From the NCBI GenBank assembly GCA_027307335.1, contig DAHUXD010000050.1, positions 536 to 64,535 of the forward strand: 64,000 bases of DNA. Reading direction: 5' to 3'. The position numbers and the translations under genes are program-made. The notes beneath the pieces are model-generated. The model had not been told where the DNA came from. It ran no database searches and worked only from the letters and a program-made list of their open reading frames with translations. The DNA comes from Acidobacteriota bacterium. GTDB lineage: Bacteria > Acidobacteriota > Thermoanaerobaculia > UBA5066 > Gp7-AA6. This document shows, piece after piece, positions 52,100-63,700 of this stretch. Each line of letters opens with the position of its first letter. Position 1 is the stretch's first letter.

Positions 52100-52827
52100 G
52101 GTTCGAGAATCGGACCGTCCTCGTCACCGGCGCCGGGCGCGGCATCGGGCGGTCGATCGCGCTCCGTTTCGCGGAGGAGCGCGCGCGCGTCGCGGTCGTG
52201 TCCCGGACGGCCGCCGAGCTCGCGCAGACCGGCGCCCTCATCGAGGAGATCGGCGCGAAAAGCGCGGTCATTCCGGCGGACATCACGGTGCCGGGCGCGG
52301 CCGAGGCGTGCGTCGCCCGGGCGGAGAGGGAGCTCGGTCCGATCGACGTCCTCGTCAACAACGCCGGGATCTTCCTGTGGCGGCCGTTCCTGAAGCTCAC
52401 GCCGGAGGACTGGGACCGCGTCATGGCGACGAACCTCTCCGGCGCCGCGGCGTTCTGCCGAGCGGTGCTGCCCGGGATGGTCGAGCGCCGGCGCGGCAAG
52501 ATCGTGAGCGTGTCCTCGATCCACGGCATGCGCGGCGATGCGAACGTCGTGGCGCAGAGCGCCGCGAAGTTCGGCCTGATCGGCATGACCCAGGCGCTCG
52601 CCCGCGAGTTCCGCTCGCACAACATCGCCGTCAACGCCGTCTGCCCCGGCACGGTCGAGAACCGCAAGGACGAGGGCGATGGCCTGCACGCGGAGCCGCT
52701 CGCGGAAAAGCTCTGGCCGCGAGACGTCGCGAAGGCCGTCCTCTTCCTCGCCTCCGACGACGCGGCGGGGATCACCGGCGCGGCCCTCGAGATCTTCGGC
52801 GGCACGCACCTGGTGATCCAGCCGTAA
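52096..52827 (+). CDS. SDR family oxidoreductase (FabG-like, catalytic Tyr replaced)
   Basis: Motifs TGAGRGIG, NNAG, SS and VNAVCPG, with QSAAK at the YxxxK site. ATGA overlap with the upstream gene. Confidence 0.88.
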   Translation: MRFENRTVLVTGAGRGIGRSIALRFAEERARVAVVSRTAAELAQTGALIEEIGAKSAVIPADITVPGAAEACVARAERELGPIDVLVNNAGIFLWRPFLKLTPEDWDRVMATNLSGAAAFCRAVLPGMVERRRGKIVSVSSIHGMRGDANVVAQSAAKFGLIGMTQALAREFRSHNIAVNAVCPGTVENRKDEGDGLHAEPLAEKLWPRDVAKAVLFLASDDAAGITGAALEIFGGTHLVIQP

Positions 52828-52831
52828 AAAG

Positions 52832-52900
52832 GGGGGGCCCAAGGGCCGCCCCACACGATTTCCGGACCTGGACCGTAGGGGCGGGGCTTGCCCCCGCCCC
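52832..52900. repeat. Pair of REP sequences upstream of RAYT
   Basis: 52875-52900 GTAGGGGCGGGGCTTGCCCCCGCCCC, plus a degenerate minus-strand copy at 52832-52856 (GTGTGGGGCGGCCCTTGGGCCCCCC). Confidence 0.8.
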
Positions 52901-52921
52901 CGTCTCGCGACAAATCTTCAT

Positions 52922-53386
52922 GTGCTCCCTTCTCGGAAGCGAATTCGCCTTCACGACCACGCGTACCGCGAGTCGGGCCGCGCCTTCTCGGTCACCATCG
53001 CTGTCGCTGAGCGACGACGGATCTTCGAGGATCTCGGGTTCGGCCGAGAATGCGTCGAGCTTCTCCAGAAATGCTGTCGGGAAATGGATTTCCGGTGCCT
53101 CGCCTATTGCTTGATGCCAGACCACGTTCATCTGCTCGTCTGCGTCGGAGGCAAGAACTCGCTCACGGAGCTCGTGGGAGCTTGGAAGTCGCTGTGCGCG
53201 CTGGCGGCCCGTCAACGAGGTAAGCCCGCCGGTTTATGGCAACGGAGCTTCTTCGACCATGCCCTTCGCTCAGAGGAGAGCCTTCAGGCCGTCGCCGACT
53301 ACATCCTCGCCAACCCCGTTCGGGCCGGTCTGGTGACTCGACAGGCCGACTACCCCCTGTCCGGATCTTTCGAATACGTCCTTTAG
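52922..53386 (+). mobile_element. rayT: REP-associated tyrosine transposase (RAYT, HUH Y1 family)
   Basis: RKRIRL...Y, VT, LMPDHVHLL (HUH), WQRSFFDH and catalytic YILANPVRAGLV. Flanked by inverted GTAG-REPs. Confidence 0.92.
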
Positions 53387-53392
53387 TCGTGC

Positions 53393-53417
53393 GGGCGGCC
53401 ACGAGGGCCGCCCCTAC
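53393..53417 (-). repeat. REP downstream of RAYT
   Basis: Minus strand GTAGGGGCGGCCCTCGTGGCCGCCC. Confidence 0.85.
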
Positions 53418-53533
53418 AGGTGGCGAATAGCTGGAGCGGCACCAGAACCGTCCCGCCTTCTCGTCGTAATAATCTTCCGGCGGTCTTTCCCGTCTCTGGC
53501 CGCCCCTTGTTTACCGAACGGAGGAGGTCCCGG

Positions 53534-54283
53534 ATGCTCGGACGCACCCTGACCGCGCTCGCCCTGTCGGCCGCGCCGATTCTCGCCCAGCAGCCCGCCG
53601 CCGCCCCACCGAGCGCCGACGAGATCGTCGCGAAGTACGTGGAGAAGGTCGGCGGCATCGCGAAGATCGAGGCCGTCAGGACCCTGAAACGCAGCGGCAA
53701 GTTCCGCGGCGGCGGCGGCTTCGAGGCGAAATACGTCCAGGAGAACAAGCGGCCGGACCTCGTGCGCGAGGAATTGACGTATCAGGGTCTGACCGGCGTC
53801 AACGCCTGGGACGGGAAGACCGGCTGGAAGATCGACCCCTTCGGGGGGAAGAAGGACCCCGAACCGCTCGGCGAGGACGAGCTCAAGGACATCATCGAAG
53901 ACTCCGTTTTCGATGGTCAGCTCGTGAACTACAAGGCGAAGGGCAACGCGATCGAGTTCGCCGGAGTCGAACCGGTGGAAGGAAGCGACACCTGGAGGCT
54001 CAGGGTCACGCTGAAGAACGGCGACGTGACCTACTACTACATCGACACCGAGGATTTCGTTCCGATCAAGATCGAGTACAAGCGGATGATCCGCGGCGCC
54101 GAACAGGTGACCGACGTTTATCCCGGCGACTACAAGGCGGTCGACGGCTGGTACATACCGCACTCGTACGAGCAGGGGCGGCCGGGAAGCAGCCAGCGCT
54201 CGAGCGTCGTGTTCGAGAAGATCGAGGCCAACGTCCCGATGGACGATTCGCTCTTCGCCAAGCCGGCGGGGCCGGGACAGTGA
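53534..54283 (+). CDS. Periplasmic LolA-like / outer-membrane lipoprotein-sorting family protein
   Basis: Signal peptide, ADEIVAKYVEKVGG, WDGKTGW, YYIDTE and DYKAVDG..PH. GGAGGAGG SD. Confidence 0.65.
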   Translation: MLGRTLTALALSAAPILAQQPAAAPPSADEIVAKYVEKVGGIAKIEAVRTLKRSGKFRGGGGFEAKYVQENKRPDLVREELTYQGLTGVNAWDGKTGWKIDPFGGKKDPEPLGEDELKDIIEDSVFDGQLVNYKAKGNAIEFAGVEPVEGSDTWRLRVTLKNGDVTYYYIDTEDFVPIKIEYKRMIRGAEQVTDVYPGDYKAVDGWYIPHSYEQGRPGSSQRSSVVFEKIEANVPMDDSLFAKPAGPGQ

Positions 54284-57200
54284 GGACCAGAACGATGAGA
54301 ACGCCCGTGCTCCCCGGGATTCCCGCGGCCCTCCTGCTCGCCTCGGTGACGGCGCTCGGACAGACGAAGCCCGCGTCGACCGCCGCGTCCCCCTCGCCCG
54401 TCAGGGTCGACTCCGAGACCATCTCGGGCCTCGGCGCGCGCAACATCGGATCGGCGACGATGAGCGGCCGAATCGCGGCGATCGACGCCGTGCGCGAGGG
54501 CTCGCGCCTGACCGTCTACATCGGTTCGGCCTCCGGCGGCGTGTGGAAGTCGGTCAATGGAGGCACGACGTACAAGCCCGTCTTCGACAAGCAGCCCGTC
54601 CAGTCGATCGGCGCCATCACGATCGACCCGAAGAACCCCAAGGTCGTCTGGGTCGGCAGCGGCGAGCCGTGGACGCGCAACAGCGTTTCGATCGGCGACG
54701 GGGTCTACAAGTCGGTCGACGGCGGCGACAACTGGGTCAACGTCGGCCTCGGCGGCACCGAGCGAATCGCGAAGATCCTGGTCGACCCGACGCACACGGA
54801 CACCGTGTACGCCTGCGCGCCGGGCAAGCTCTGGTCCGACTCCGACGACCGCGGCGTCTACAAGACCACCGACGGCGGCAAGACGTGGACGAAGGTGCTC
54901 AAGGGCGCCAACGCCTCGACCGGCTGCTCGATGATCTCGATGGACTCGCAGAACCCTCAGACGCTGTTCGCGGGGACGTGGGACTTCCGGCGCCAGGGCT
55001 GGACGTTCCGCTCGGGCGGCGAGTCGTCCGAGGCGCCGAGCGCGAGCGGACTCCTGAAGTCGACCGACGGCGGAGCGACGTGGCAGGACCTCGACGAGAA
55101 GTCGGCGAAGGGATTGCCGCCGAAGCCGTGGGGCCGCGTGGCCGTGACGGTCGCGCCCTCGAAACCGAACGTGGTGTACGCGTTCATCGAGGCCGTCATC
55201 CCAAGGAACGGGCTCTACCGCTCCGACGACGGCGGCGCCACCTGGCAGGCGATGGACCGCAGCCAGTGGATGGTCTGGCGGCCGTTCTACTTCGCGAACC
55301 TGATCGTCGATCCGAAGAACGAGAACAGGGTCTACAAGCCCGACCTGACGCTGATCGCGTCGAACGACGGCGGCAAGAGCTTCTCGGTCGTCGGCGGCGG
55401 CGCGCACGGCGATTTCCACTGCGTGTGGATCGATCCCGACAACCCGGACCGCCTCATCGCGGGCGACGACGGCGGCGTCTGGTACTCGTACGACGGCGCG
55501 AACACCTGGTGGAAAGCGGAGAACCTGCCGGTCTCGCAGTTCTACCACGTCAGTCTCGACATGGACCGGCCGTACCACGTGTACGGCGGACTGCAGGACA
55601 ACAGCTCGTGGGTCGGCGACTCGGCCTACCCGGGCGGCATCGCGAACGCGCAGTGGGAGAACATGTACGGCGGCGACGGCTTCTGGATGTTCGCCGACAC
55701 CGCGGATCCGACGTACATCTACGCCGAGGCGCAGGGCGGCGAGATCGGCCGCGTCAATCGCAAGACGCACGAGATCCGGCGTATTCAGCCGCTCCCCGGC
55801 TACAAGGAGGGGAAGCTCCGCTGGAACTGGAACACGCCCATCCACATGAGCCCGACGCAGGCGGGCACCGTCTACATCGCTGCGCAGTATCTCTTCCGGA
55901 CGCGCGACCACGGGCAGACGTGGCAGCGCATCTCGCCGGACCTGACGACGAACGACCCGGCGAAGCAGAAGCAGGAGCAGTCGGGCGGCGTCACGATCGA
56001 CAACTCGGCCGCCGAGATGCACGAGACGATCTACGCGATCGCCGAGTCGCCGAAGGATCCGAACGTCATCTGGGCGGGCACCGACGACGGCAACCTCCAG
56101 CTGACGCGCGACGGCGGGAAGACGTGGAAGAACGTCGTCGGCAACGTCGCCGGTTTGCCGAAGTTCGCATGGGTGTCGTCGATCGACGTGGGCCACTTCG
56201 ACGCGGGCACGGCGTACGCCACGTTCGATCTGCACACGTTCGGCGACATGCGGCCGTACGTCTACCGCACGACCGACTTCGGTGCGACGTGGACCCCGCT
56301 CACGACACCCGACGGCGCGATGAAGGGTTACGCGCACGTCGTCAAGGAAGACCTCGTGCGCAAGGACCTCCTCTTCGTCGGCACCGAGCTCGGACTGTGG
56401 GTGTCGCTCGACGGCGGGAAGCAGTGGGCGCAGTACAAGGGCGGCGAGATGCCGAATGTCGCCGTGCGCGACCTCGCGATCCATCCGCGCGACCGCGCGC
56501 TCGTGATCGCGACGCACGGCCGCGGGATCTGGATCGTGGACGACATCACGCCTCTGCGGTCGCTGACCGCGGAGATGCTCGCGAGGGAGGCGGCGTTCGT
56601 GCCGGCGGCCCCGGTCGTTCAGCGCATCCCCGCGTTCGGCGGCTGGGTCAACGGCGACGCGGCGTTCGAGGGACCGAACCCGCCGTCGGAAGCCCAGATC
56701 GTCTATTACCAGAGGAAGCGCCACATCTTCGGGGACCTGACGCTCGAGGTGTTCGGACCCGACGGCAAGAAGCTCGCGGACATCCCCTCCTCGAAGCGCC
56801 GCGGCCTGTCGAAGGCCGGCTGGTCCATGCGCCTGAAGCCTCCCCGCGTCCCCACCGCGGCCCAGGCGGCGGGCGCCGGGCTCGGCCCGCGGGTCCCTCC
56901 GGGCACGTACACGGTGAAGATGACGAAAGACAAGAACGTCTACGAGACGAAGATCCAGGTCGTGGCCGATCCGCGCTCGAAGCACACGCCGGAGGACCGG
57001 CAGGCGCAGTTCGCGCTCGCGATGAAGCTGTACGGCATGCTCGGCGACATGACGTTCGCGGTCGATCGCATCAACGGCGTGCGCGGCGCGCTGCTCGAGC
57101 GCGCGGGCAAACTGCCGGCCGGCGATCCGCTCGCGGCCACGCTGCGCGCGGACGCGGACCAGGTCGACGCCATGCGGAAGAAGATTGTCGCGACGACGGA

Positions 57201-57528
57201 GGGCGGCGCGATCACGGGCGAGGAGCGCCTGCGGGAATACCTGTCGAACCTCTACGACAGCGTCGCGCGCTACGAGGGCCGGCCCTCGGCGACGCAGGTC
57301 CAGCGCACGGACGCGCTCGGGCGCGAGCTCGGCGACGTCGTGGCGGAGTTCGACGCGTGGACGGCGAAGAACCTGGGCGGAATCAACGACCAGCTCAAGG
57401 CGAAGAGCCAGCCGCCGATCGAGCCGCTGACCCGCGCGGCGTGGGAAAAGCAGGGGTCGGAGGACCAAGGCGGGGGCGGGAGCGGCGCGGTGTCTCTGGA
57501 GACCGAGCGGCTCTTCGAGCGCGACTAG
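54280..57528 (+). CDS. Large secreted BNR/VPS10 (sortilin-like) glycosyl hydrolase-repeat protein
   Basis: ARNIGSATMSGRI, many S/TxDGGxTW repeats, GGLQDN, GGDG, RWNWNTP and ATHGRG, then a C-terminal beta domain and helical tail. The start may be ATG 54295. Confidence 0.88.
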   Translation: MRTRTMRTPVLPGIPAALLLASVTALGQTKPASTAASPSPVRVDSETISGLGARNIGSATMSGRIAAIDAVREGSRLTVYIGSASGGVWKSVNGGTTYKPVFDKQPVQSIGAITIDPKNPKVVWVGSGEPWTRNSVSIGDGVYKSVDGGDNWVNVGLGGTERIAKILVDPTHTDTVYACAPGKLWSDSDDRGVYKTTDGGKTWTKVLKGANASTGCSMISMDSQNPQTLFAGTWDFRRQGWTFRSGGESSEAPSASGLLKSTDGGATWQDLDEKSAKGLPPKPWGRVAVTVAPSKPNVVYAFIEAVIPRNGLYRSDDGGATWQAMDRSQWMVWRPFYFANLIVDPKNENRVYKPDLTLIASNDGGKSFSVVGGGAHGDFHCVWIDPDNPDRLIAGDDGGVWYSYDGANTWWKAENLPVSQFYHVSLDMDRPYHVYGGLQDNSSWVGDSAYPGGIANAQWENMYGGDGFWMFADTADPTYIYAEAQGGEIGRVNRKTHEIRRIQPLPGYKEGKLRWNWNTPIHMSPTQAGTVYIAAQYLFRTRDHGQTWQRISPDLTTNDPAKQKQEQSGGVTIDNSAAEMHETIYAIAESPKDPNVIWAGTDDGNLQLTRDGGKTWKNVVGNVAGLPKFAWVSSIDVGHFDAGTAYATFDLHTFGDMRPYVYRTTDFGATWTPLTTPDGAMKGYAHVVKEDLVRKDLLFVGTELGLWVSLDGGKQWAQYKGGEMPNVAVRDLAIHPRDRALVIATHGRGIWIVDDITPLRSLTAEMLAREAAFVPAAPVVQRIPAFGGWVNGDAAFEGPNPPSEAQIVYYQRKRHIFGDLTLEVFGPDGKKLADIPSSKRRGLSKAGWSMRLKPPRVPTAAQAAGAGLGPRVPPGTYTVKMTKDKNVYETKIQVVADPRSKHTPEDRQAQFALAMKLYGMLGDMTFAVDRINGVRGALLERAGKLPAGDPLAATLRADADQVDAMRKKIVATTEGGAITGEERLREYLSNLYDSVARYEGRPSATQVQRTDALGRELGDVVAEFDAWTAKNLGGINDQLKAKSQPPIEPLTRAAWEKQGSEDQGGGGSGAVSLETERLFERD

Positions 57529-57539
57529 CTCCCATTGTT

Positions 57540-57568
57540 CCCTCTCCCCCGCAACGCGGGGGGGAGGG
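57540..57568. repeat. Variant palindromic repeat copy E, intergenic between convergent genes
   Basis: CCCTCTCCCCCGCAACGCGGGGGGGAGGG, preceded by TTGTT like copy C. Confidence 0.65.
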
Positions 57569-57600
57569 CCGTCATGGCGGTGAGACGATTTGCGATCGCC

Positions 57601-57762
57601 TCACCATGGTCCGCGCCGCTCCGGTTCCTCCTCGTCGGTGTAGTCGCTCGCGGCCCGAGCCGGCGCTCGGGGACTTATGCGCCGCGCCCGGCGCATGCGG
57701 ATCGTCATCAGCACGAGCACGCCGACCAGTACGGCGGAAATGACCATGTTCGATACGGTCAT
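57601..57762 (-). CDS. 53-aa single-pass membrane protein (absent from ORF track)
   Basis: MTVSNMVISAVLVGVLVLMTIRMRRARRISPRAPARAASDYTDEEEPERRGPW*. The ATG is 4 nt after the giant gene stop, with GAGG upstream. Confidence 0.55.
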   Translation of the reverse strand: MTVSNMVISAVLVGVLVLMTIRMRRARRISPRAPARAASDYTDEEEPERRGPW

Positions 57763-57766
57763 GGCC

Positions 57767-60700
57767 TCAGTTCACCGTGATCGCCTTGCTGTTGACGTTG
57801 TTGGTCTCGTTGTACTCGGGCTGGGCATTGCCGTCGTCGGACACGACCACGATGTAGTAACTGCCTGGCGTCGACGGCAGAGTGACGGAGAGCGCGGGTG
57901 ACGTATCGATGGAGCCGACGCCCAGGCCGGCGGCAACCGTGCGAGTCGCCTTCACCGCTCCCGACGGCGACGTCGTCGTCGAGATGTAGACGTTGCTCGC
58001 CGTAGTCACGGTTGTGGGCGCACCACCCTGGTTCTTCGTCTTGACCGTGACGGAGATCGTTGCGCCATGGATTCCCGAAGTCGGCGCCGAAATCGCCGAG
58101 ATAATCAGGTCGGGGCCGATCGAGATCGCCTTCGCGCGCGTGTTGTTGGTCTCGTTCGTCTCGGAGACGACGTTGCCCGAATCGGCCGCGGCAATGATGT
58201 AGTAGCTGCCGGCCGCCGTGCCTGCCGGGATCGTCACGTTCGTCGCCGCGGTGCTCGAGCCACCCGCCGCGATCACGCCAGGCGCGAGGCTCCCCAGCAG
58301 CACGTCCGAAGCATCCAGGACGTTGTCGGTCGAGAGATAGAAACTCGTCGTCGATGCCGCGGCGTCACCGCCACCCCCGTTGGACGTCGTGTCGGTGATC
58401 GCAAGCGTCAGGCCGGCGCCGGAGCTCGCGGGCGCGGTGAGGCTGGAAACCGTCAGATCGGGCCCGATCTTGACCGCCCCGCTCGCCCGCGTGTTGTTGT
58501 TCTCGTTCGTCTCGAAGATTGCGTTCGGGCCATCGGCCTTCGCAATGACGTGATAGGTCCCGGTCGGCGTGTTCGAGGGGATCGTCAGGCTGAGAATCGG
58601 TCCCGAGTCGCTGGCGCCGGGCGCAAGGGCTGCCACGGACCGGCTCCCGAGGAGTACGTCCGAGGCGTCGAGCGTCGTGTCTGTGGACAGGTAATAGCTC
58701 GTGCTCGATGCGGGCGCGGGGCTCATCCCCGCCGCGTTGTTCGTCGTGTCGTTGATCGCGATTGGATATCCCGCGCCGCCGGATGCGGGCACCGTCAACG
58801 CGGTGACCGACAGGTCGGGGCCAATCTTGATCGCTGCGCTCGCCCGCGTGTTGTTGTTCTCCAGTGTCTCAGGGACGTCGCCATTGCCGAGGACGGGCCC
58901 GTTCCCGTCCGCCTTGGCGATGATGTAGTAGGTGTTCGGCGCCGTTCCCGCGGGGATGGTCAGTGTCGTGGACGCCGCGCTCGTCGCACCCGAAGCCAGA
59001 GGGGGAACCGCTCGCGTCCCCAGCAACACGTCGGAGGCATCCAGTGTCGTGTCCAACGAAAGGAAGAAGGCTGTCGGCACTCCCGGCGTGACCGTTCCCC
59101 CGGCGAAGTTCTTGGTGGTGTCCGTCACCGTGATCGGCTGCCCCGCTCCGACGGGGCCCGTGGCCGACAGCGCGGTGACGCGATAGTCCGGTTTGGCGAC
59201 GATCGTCACGACCACCGTGTTTGAGACGCTCGGCTGGAAATTCGAGTCGCCCGCGTAAGAGACGCTCAGGGAATGGCTGCCGAGCGCGAGGCTCGAGGTG
59301 GGGAAGATGACAGAGGGCGGGCCGTCGATGCCGATCGTTGCGAGCACCGTTGAGCCATCTTTGAAAGTCAGAACCCCGGTCGGGCTGCCTGAGTAAGCGG
59401 GGGAAACGGTTCCCGTCAGCTTCACCGTTTGTCCCTGCGCAGCCGAAGTGAAATCGACCGTCAGCGTCGTCGTCGTCGGCGCGGGCGCGATCGTCAGGTC
59501 TCCGCTCGCGCTCGAAGCGCCAAGCGTGATGTCCCCCGCAAACGACGCCTGAATCGCTCCCGGATAGGAGCCGGCCGTGAAGCTCGCAATGCTGATTCCC
59601 CCGGCCGACGCAAGGCCGGCGCCGTCGGTGACCCCCGAACCGACGACGTTTCCGCCAACGACGAAGGAGACAGTCTTGCCGACCACCGGAGCGCCCTGCG
59701 ACGTCAGTGCCGCCGAAAGGGCGACGTTGCCGCCCATTACTCCCGTTGTCGGCGCCACAGTCAGTGCCGACACCGGCACTGGCTGCCACAGGGTCGCATG
59801 CGACGCCGTATCGCCGACCACGTTCGACTCCCCAACGATCTGACCCAGGTTATTCACTCCGTACGCATGAGCCTGGCTTCCGCCGAGGCCCCCGGGATCC
59901 TGAAGAGCAGCGCCATTCGACACGAATGCGCGGACTATCCCGCTCGACAATTGAACTTCGCCGACAGTCAGTCCTGAGTCACTGAGACCATTCGCCTCGT
60001 TTAGCGCGCCTCCGTCAGAGCCGAGGTCATAGCGCCCGAAGTCCCCACTGCTGTTGTCGAGGAGGCCGCCCGACCACAATGCAACGTGTTCATAATTCGC
60101 CGGTGGATAGGTGAAGTAGCCTCCAACAACTCCAGCGTTATTGATCGCAAACGCCGCCGCATCGATGGATAGCGTACCCAGATCAATCGGGGGCTGAGCA
60201 AATAGAACCGAGTGATACGCCACATTGTAGGGAATGTCCGAAAACCCGACGATCTGGCCAGTGGCATTGATCCCATACGCGGCGCTCCTGGAGCCTCCGA
60301 GAGTTCCCAGGGACTGCAACGAGCCTCCCGAATAGAGGAATGCTTGGTAGGTTGCGTCTCCGGCTAGGAACGAATATCCGACGACGTTGCCGTCATCATT
60401 GATCCCATTCCCGATTCCCATGCTTCCGCCCAAGGTACCCAGGTCAGTCATCACACCGCCCGAATAGAGGAACGGATGGTAAGACGTCGACGACGACCAA
60501 TAGGCGCCCGTCACCTGGCCGCTTGCATTGATGTCGGCCGCTTCACTGTCCGTCCCGAGCGAACCGAGATCATTCATCGCCCCTGCGGAACTCAGGAACG
60601 CATGAAATCCGCCGCCCGAGAGGTCGGATCGCCCGACGATTTGACTCGAGTCATTGATCTTGGTCGCATAGCTGTTCGGGCCGCCCAGGGTTCCCAGATC

Positions 60701-63700
60701 CACGGCGAAATAGGTTCCTGGGCTTATCGTTTGCGAAATGGGGGATGCGCCGCTCGAGCCAAACGTCGCATCGCCCAGATAATTCGCGGTGATCGAGTAG
60801 GTACCGGGCGCCAGTGTGGCGCCGCCGTGCACCGCGATGCTCTGGCCTCCTTTCACGAAGACAGGCGAAACCCCCAGGGAAACGCCGTCCGCGAAAAACT
60901 CGACCTGACCGGTCACCTGGAGCACCGGTGGCGTTGCAATCACGGTCGCGGTGAATACGGGTGGCGCGGAAGTGAGCGCAACAGGTTGACTGGTCGACAC
61001 GTTCGTCGTGGTCGTCACGTTCGTCAGCACCGTCACGGTCACGGTAGGGGCATTTATCGAGGAACAACCGTTCCCATCCAGGACCGTCAGCGTGTAGGTC
61101 GTCGTCGAGGTGGGAGTGGCCACCGGAGTGCAAGACGAAGGGTCATTCAGACCGGTCGCTGGGACCCATGAACAGGACACGCCGCCCGAGCCGAGAAGCG
61201 GGGCCGAGCTGCCGGCCGTAATCGAAGCCGACCCGGAGGCGGATGCGACCGGTACGCCGCAAGTCACGGACAGGTCGGCGGAACCCGCGCTGGGTCCGAG
61301 TCCCGCGTCCCCTGCGAAGCTGGCGGCGATGGCGTTTGGGTAACCACCCGACAAGATGCCGACCAAACTGACGCCGGCCAAGGTGGCCTTTCCCGAACCA
61401 TCGGTGACCGTCGACCCGACGCTTGCGCCGTTGATCGAGAACATCACGGCTTCGCCGACAACGGGATTTCCCGCCGACGCCAAAATCGCAGTCAACGTCA
61501 CCGTTGAATTCTGGAGAGCCGTGACCGGCGCAACCGAAAGAGCCGTGGCTGGCACTGGGCTCCAAAGGACGGCGCGCGATCCACCGGCGAACCAGTACGT
61601 GCCGGCGATCTGTCCGGCATCATTTACCGCGACTGTCTGGCTGGCGTACCCCCCCAGATTCCCAAGGTCGATGACTGAGCCGGCCACGAATGCCACGCCG
61701 TGGGTGTTGCCATCGCTCGCCGCTGCATATCCGACGACCACGCCGGCATTACTGATCGCCGCGCCGTAGCTGAACCCAACGAGCGTCCCGAGATCGCTCA
61801 TCTGGTTGCCCGAATAGAGAAACGCATGTTGAGCGGAGTCGCCGGCGATCGTGGCTAACCCGGTGACGTCCGATCCGGCGTTAACGGCGGTAGCCTGACT
61901 GAGGGAGCCTCCCAAGGTTCCGAGGTCCGTCATCGTTCCGCCCGAATAGACAAACCCGTGGTAAGTCGCGTTGCTCGTGAGGTACGAATAGCCCACGACC
62001 GGTCCCGCTGCAGAAACGGCAACCGCCTGACTGTAGGTTCCGCCCAACGTGCCGAGATCGCTCATGGTCGCGTCGTCCAAGAAAGCGTGATTCCCATTCC
62101 CGATGGCTGAGGTCCCTACGATCCGACCGTCGTCGTTGATCGCCGCGACCTGTGCATTCGCACCACCGAGGGTACCCACATCGGACCATGTGCTGTTGAT
62201 GTCCACGAAGCCGCGCCCGCCCGCGTTACACAGAATCACACCGTCATCGTTCAGAGCGACGCCGAAGCCGTCCGCGGAGCCGCCGGGCACTCCGAGATCA
62301 GCAAGATCTCCGGGAACCCATGAAATCACCCGATCGTGATAACTCGGTCCGTAGCAGCACTGACCTCCGAAGATGCCGCAGTTATAGGACGTGCATCCAT
62401 ACGTGACATAGTCGGCCGTTCCGACGAGACGGCCTGAGTCGTTGATTGCTACGACCGAAGACTGATCTCCCCCGATCGCGAAGAGCACTCCGATATCCAC
62501 CATGGATGACCCGTCGTAGCGGAATCCGTGCTCCTGGCCCGACCCGATCACCGAGTTTCCTGCAACTTGACCGAGATTGTTGAGGCCGGTCGCCTGACTC
62601 CACGTGCCGCCAAGGGTGCCGAGTACGGTCGGGTAATAGCTTCCGGCCGCCACCGTCTGAGGAATTGCACCGGCGGAGCTCGTTCCGAACAGCGAATCGC
62701 CGAGGTACGACGCAGTGATCGAGTAGCTGCCGACTCCAAGCGTCGCACCGCCGCGAAGCGCGACGTATTGACCGTTCTTGAGAAACACCGGCGAGCGACC
62801 AATCGATTGGCCGTTCGAGAAGAACTCCACCTGTCCGGTCGGCGCCCCGTCGACGGAGAGGACCGGCGCGACGATCGCCGTGAAGATCGGGGGCTGAGTC
62901 GTCAGAGCCGAGCCCCTGTTCGTGCTCAAGGTCGTCGTCGTCGAGGCTGGGAGGACCGTGATCGTGACGTTCGCAGGATTCGCGGACAGGCATCCCGTGC
63001 CGTCTCCGACCACCAGGTTGTAGGTCGTCGTGGCCTCCGGGCTCGCATTGAGCGAGCATGAGTTGGGGTTGTCGAGACCGGTCGAGGGCGACCAGACGCA
63101 GCTCGTACCGCCTGCCCCTGCGAGCACGGCCGACTCTCCACGATGGATCGTCGCGGAGCCGGTGGCGACCGCGACCAGAGGCATGCACGTGATCTGAAGA
63201 TCTGCGGTCGCGGTGGCGCCTCCGAGGGTCGGGTCGCCTGCGAAGATCGCGACGACGCCACCCGGGTAGGAGCCGGGCGGGATACCGACGAGGCTCACGT
63301 TCGGCAGTGCGGCCGTTCCGGTCGCGTCGGTGACTGCCGAACCCGCGGGATTCCCGTTGACTGTGAACGTAATCGACTTTCCTGCAACCGGCGAACCGAC
63401 TGACGTCAGGGTTGCCGCAAGAACAACCTGCCCGCCGGCCGGAACAGTAAACGTCGACATCGTCAGAACCGATGCTGGGACCGGTTGCCAGAGCGTCGCG
63501 TGGGATTCGCCTCCCGAGGTCGTCGAGTCGCCGACGATCTGTCCTGAGGTATTGATCGCCCGACCGGTGCTAAAGCCACCCGGCGTCCCCAGATCCAGCA
63601 TCTGACCTGCCGAATACGCGAAGGCGTGTTGGGTTCCCCCGACCGGCGTCGATCCTGTAACAAGTCCGGCATCGTTTATCGCGAGCCCCTGCCCGACGAT

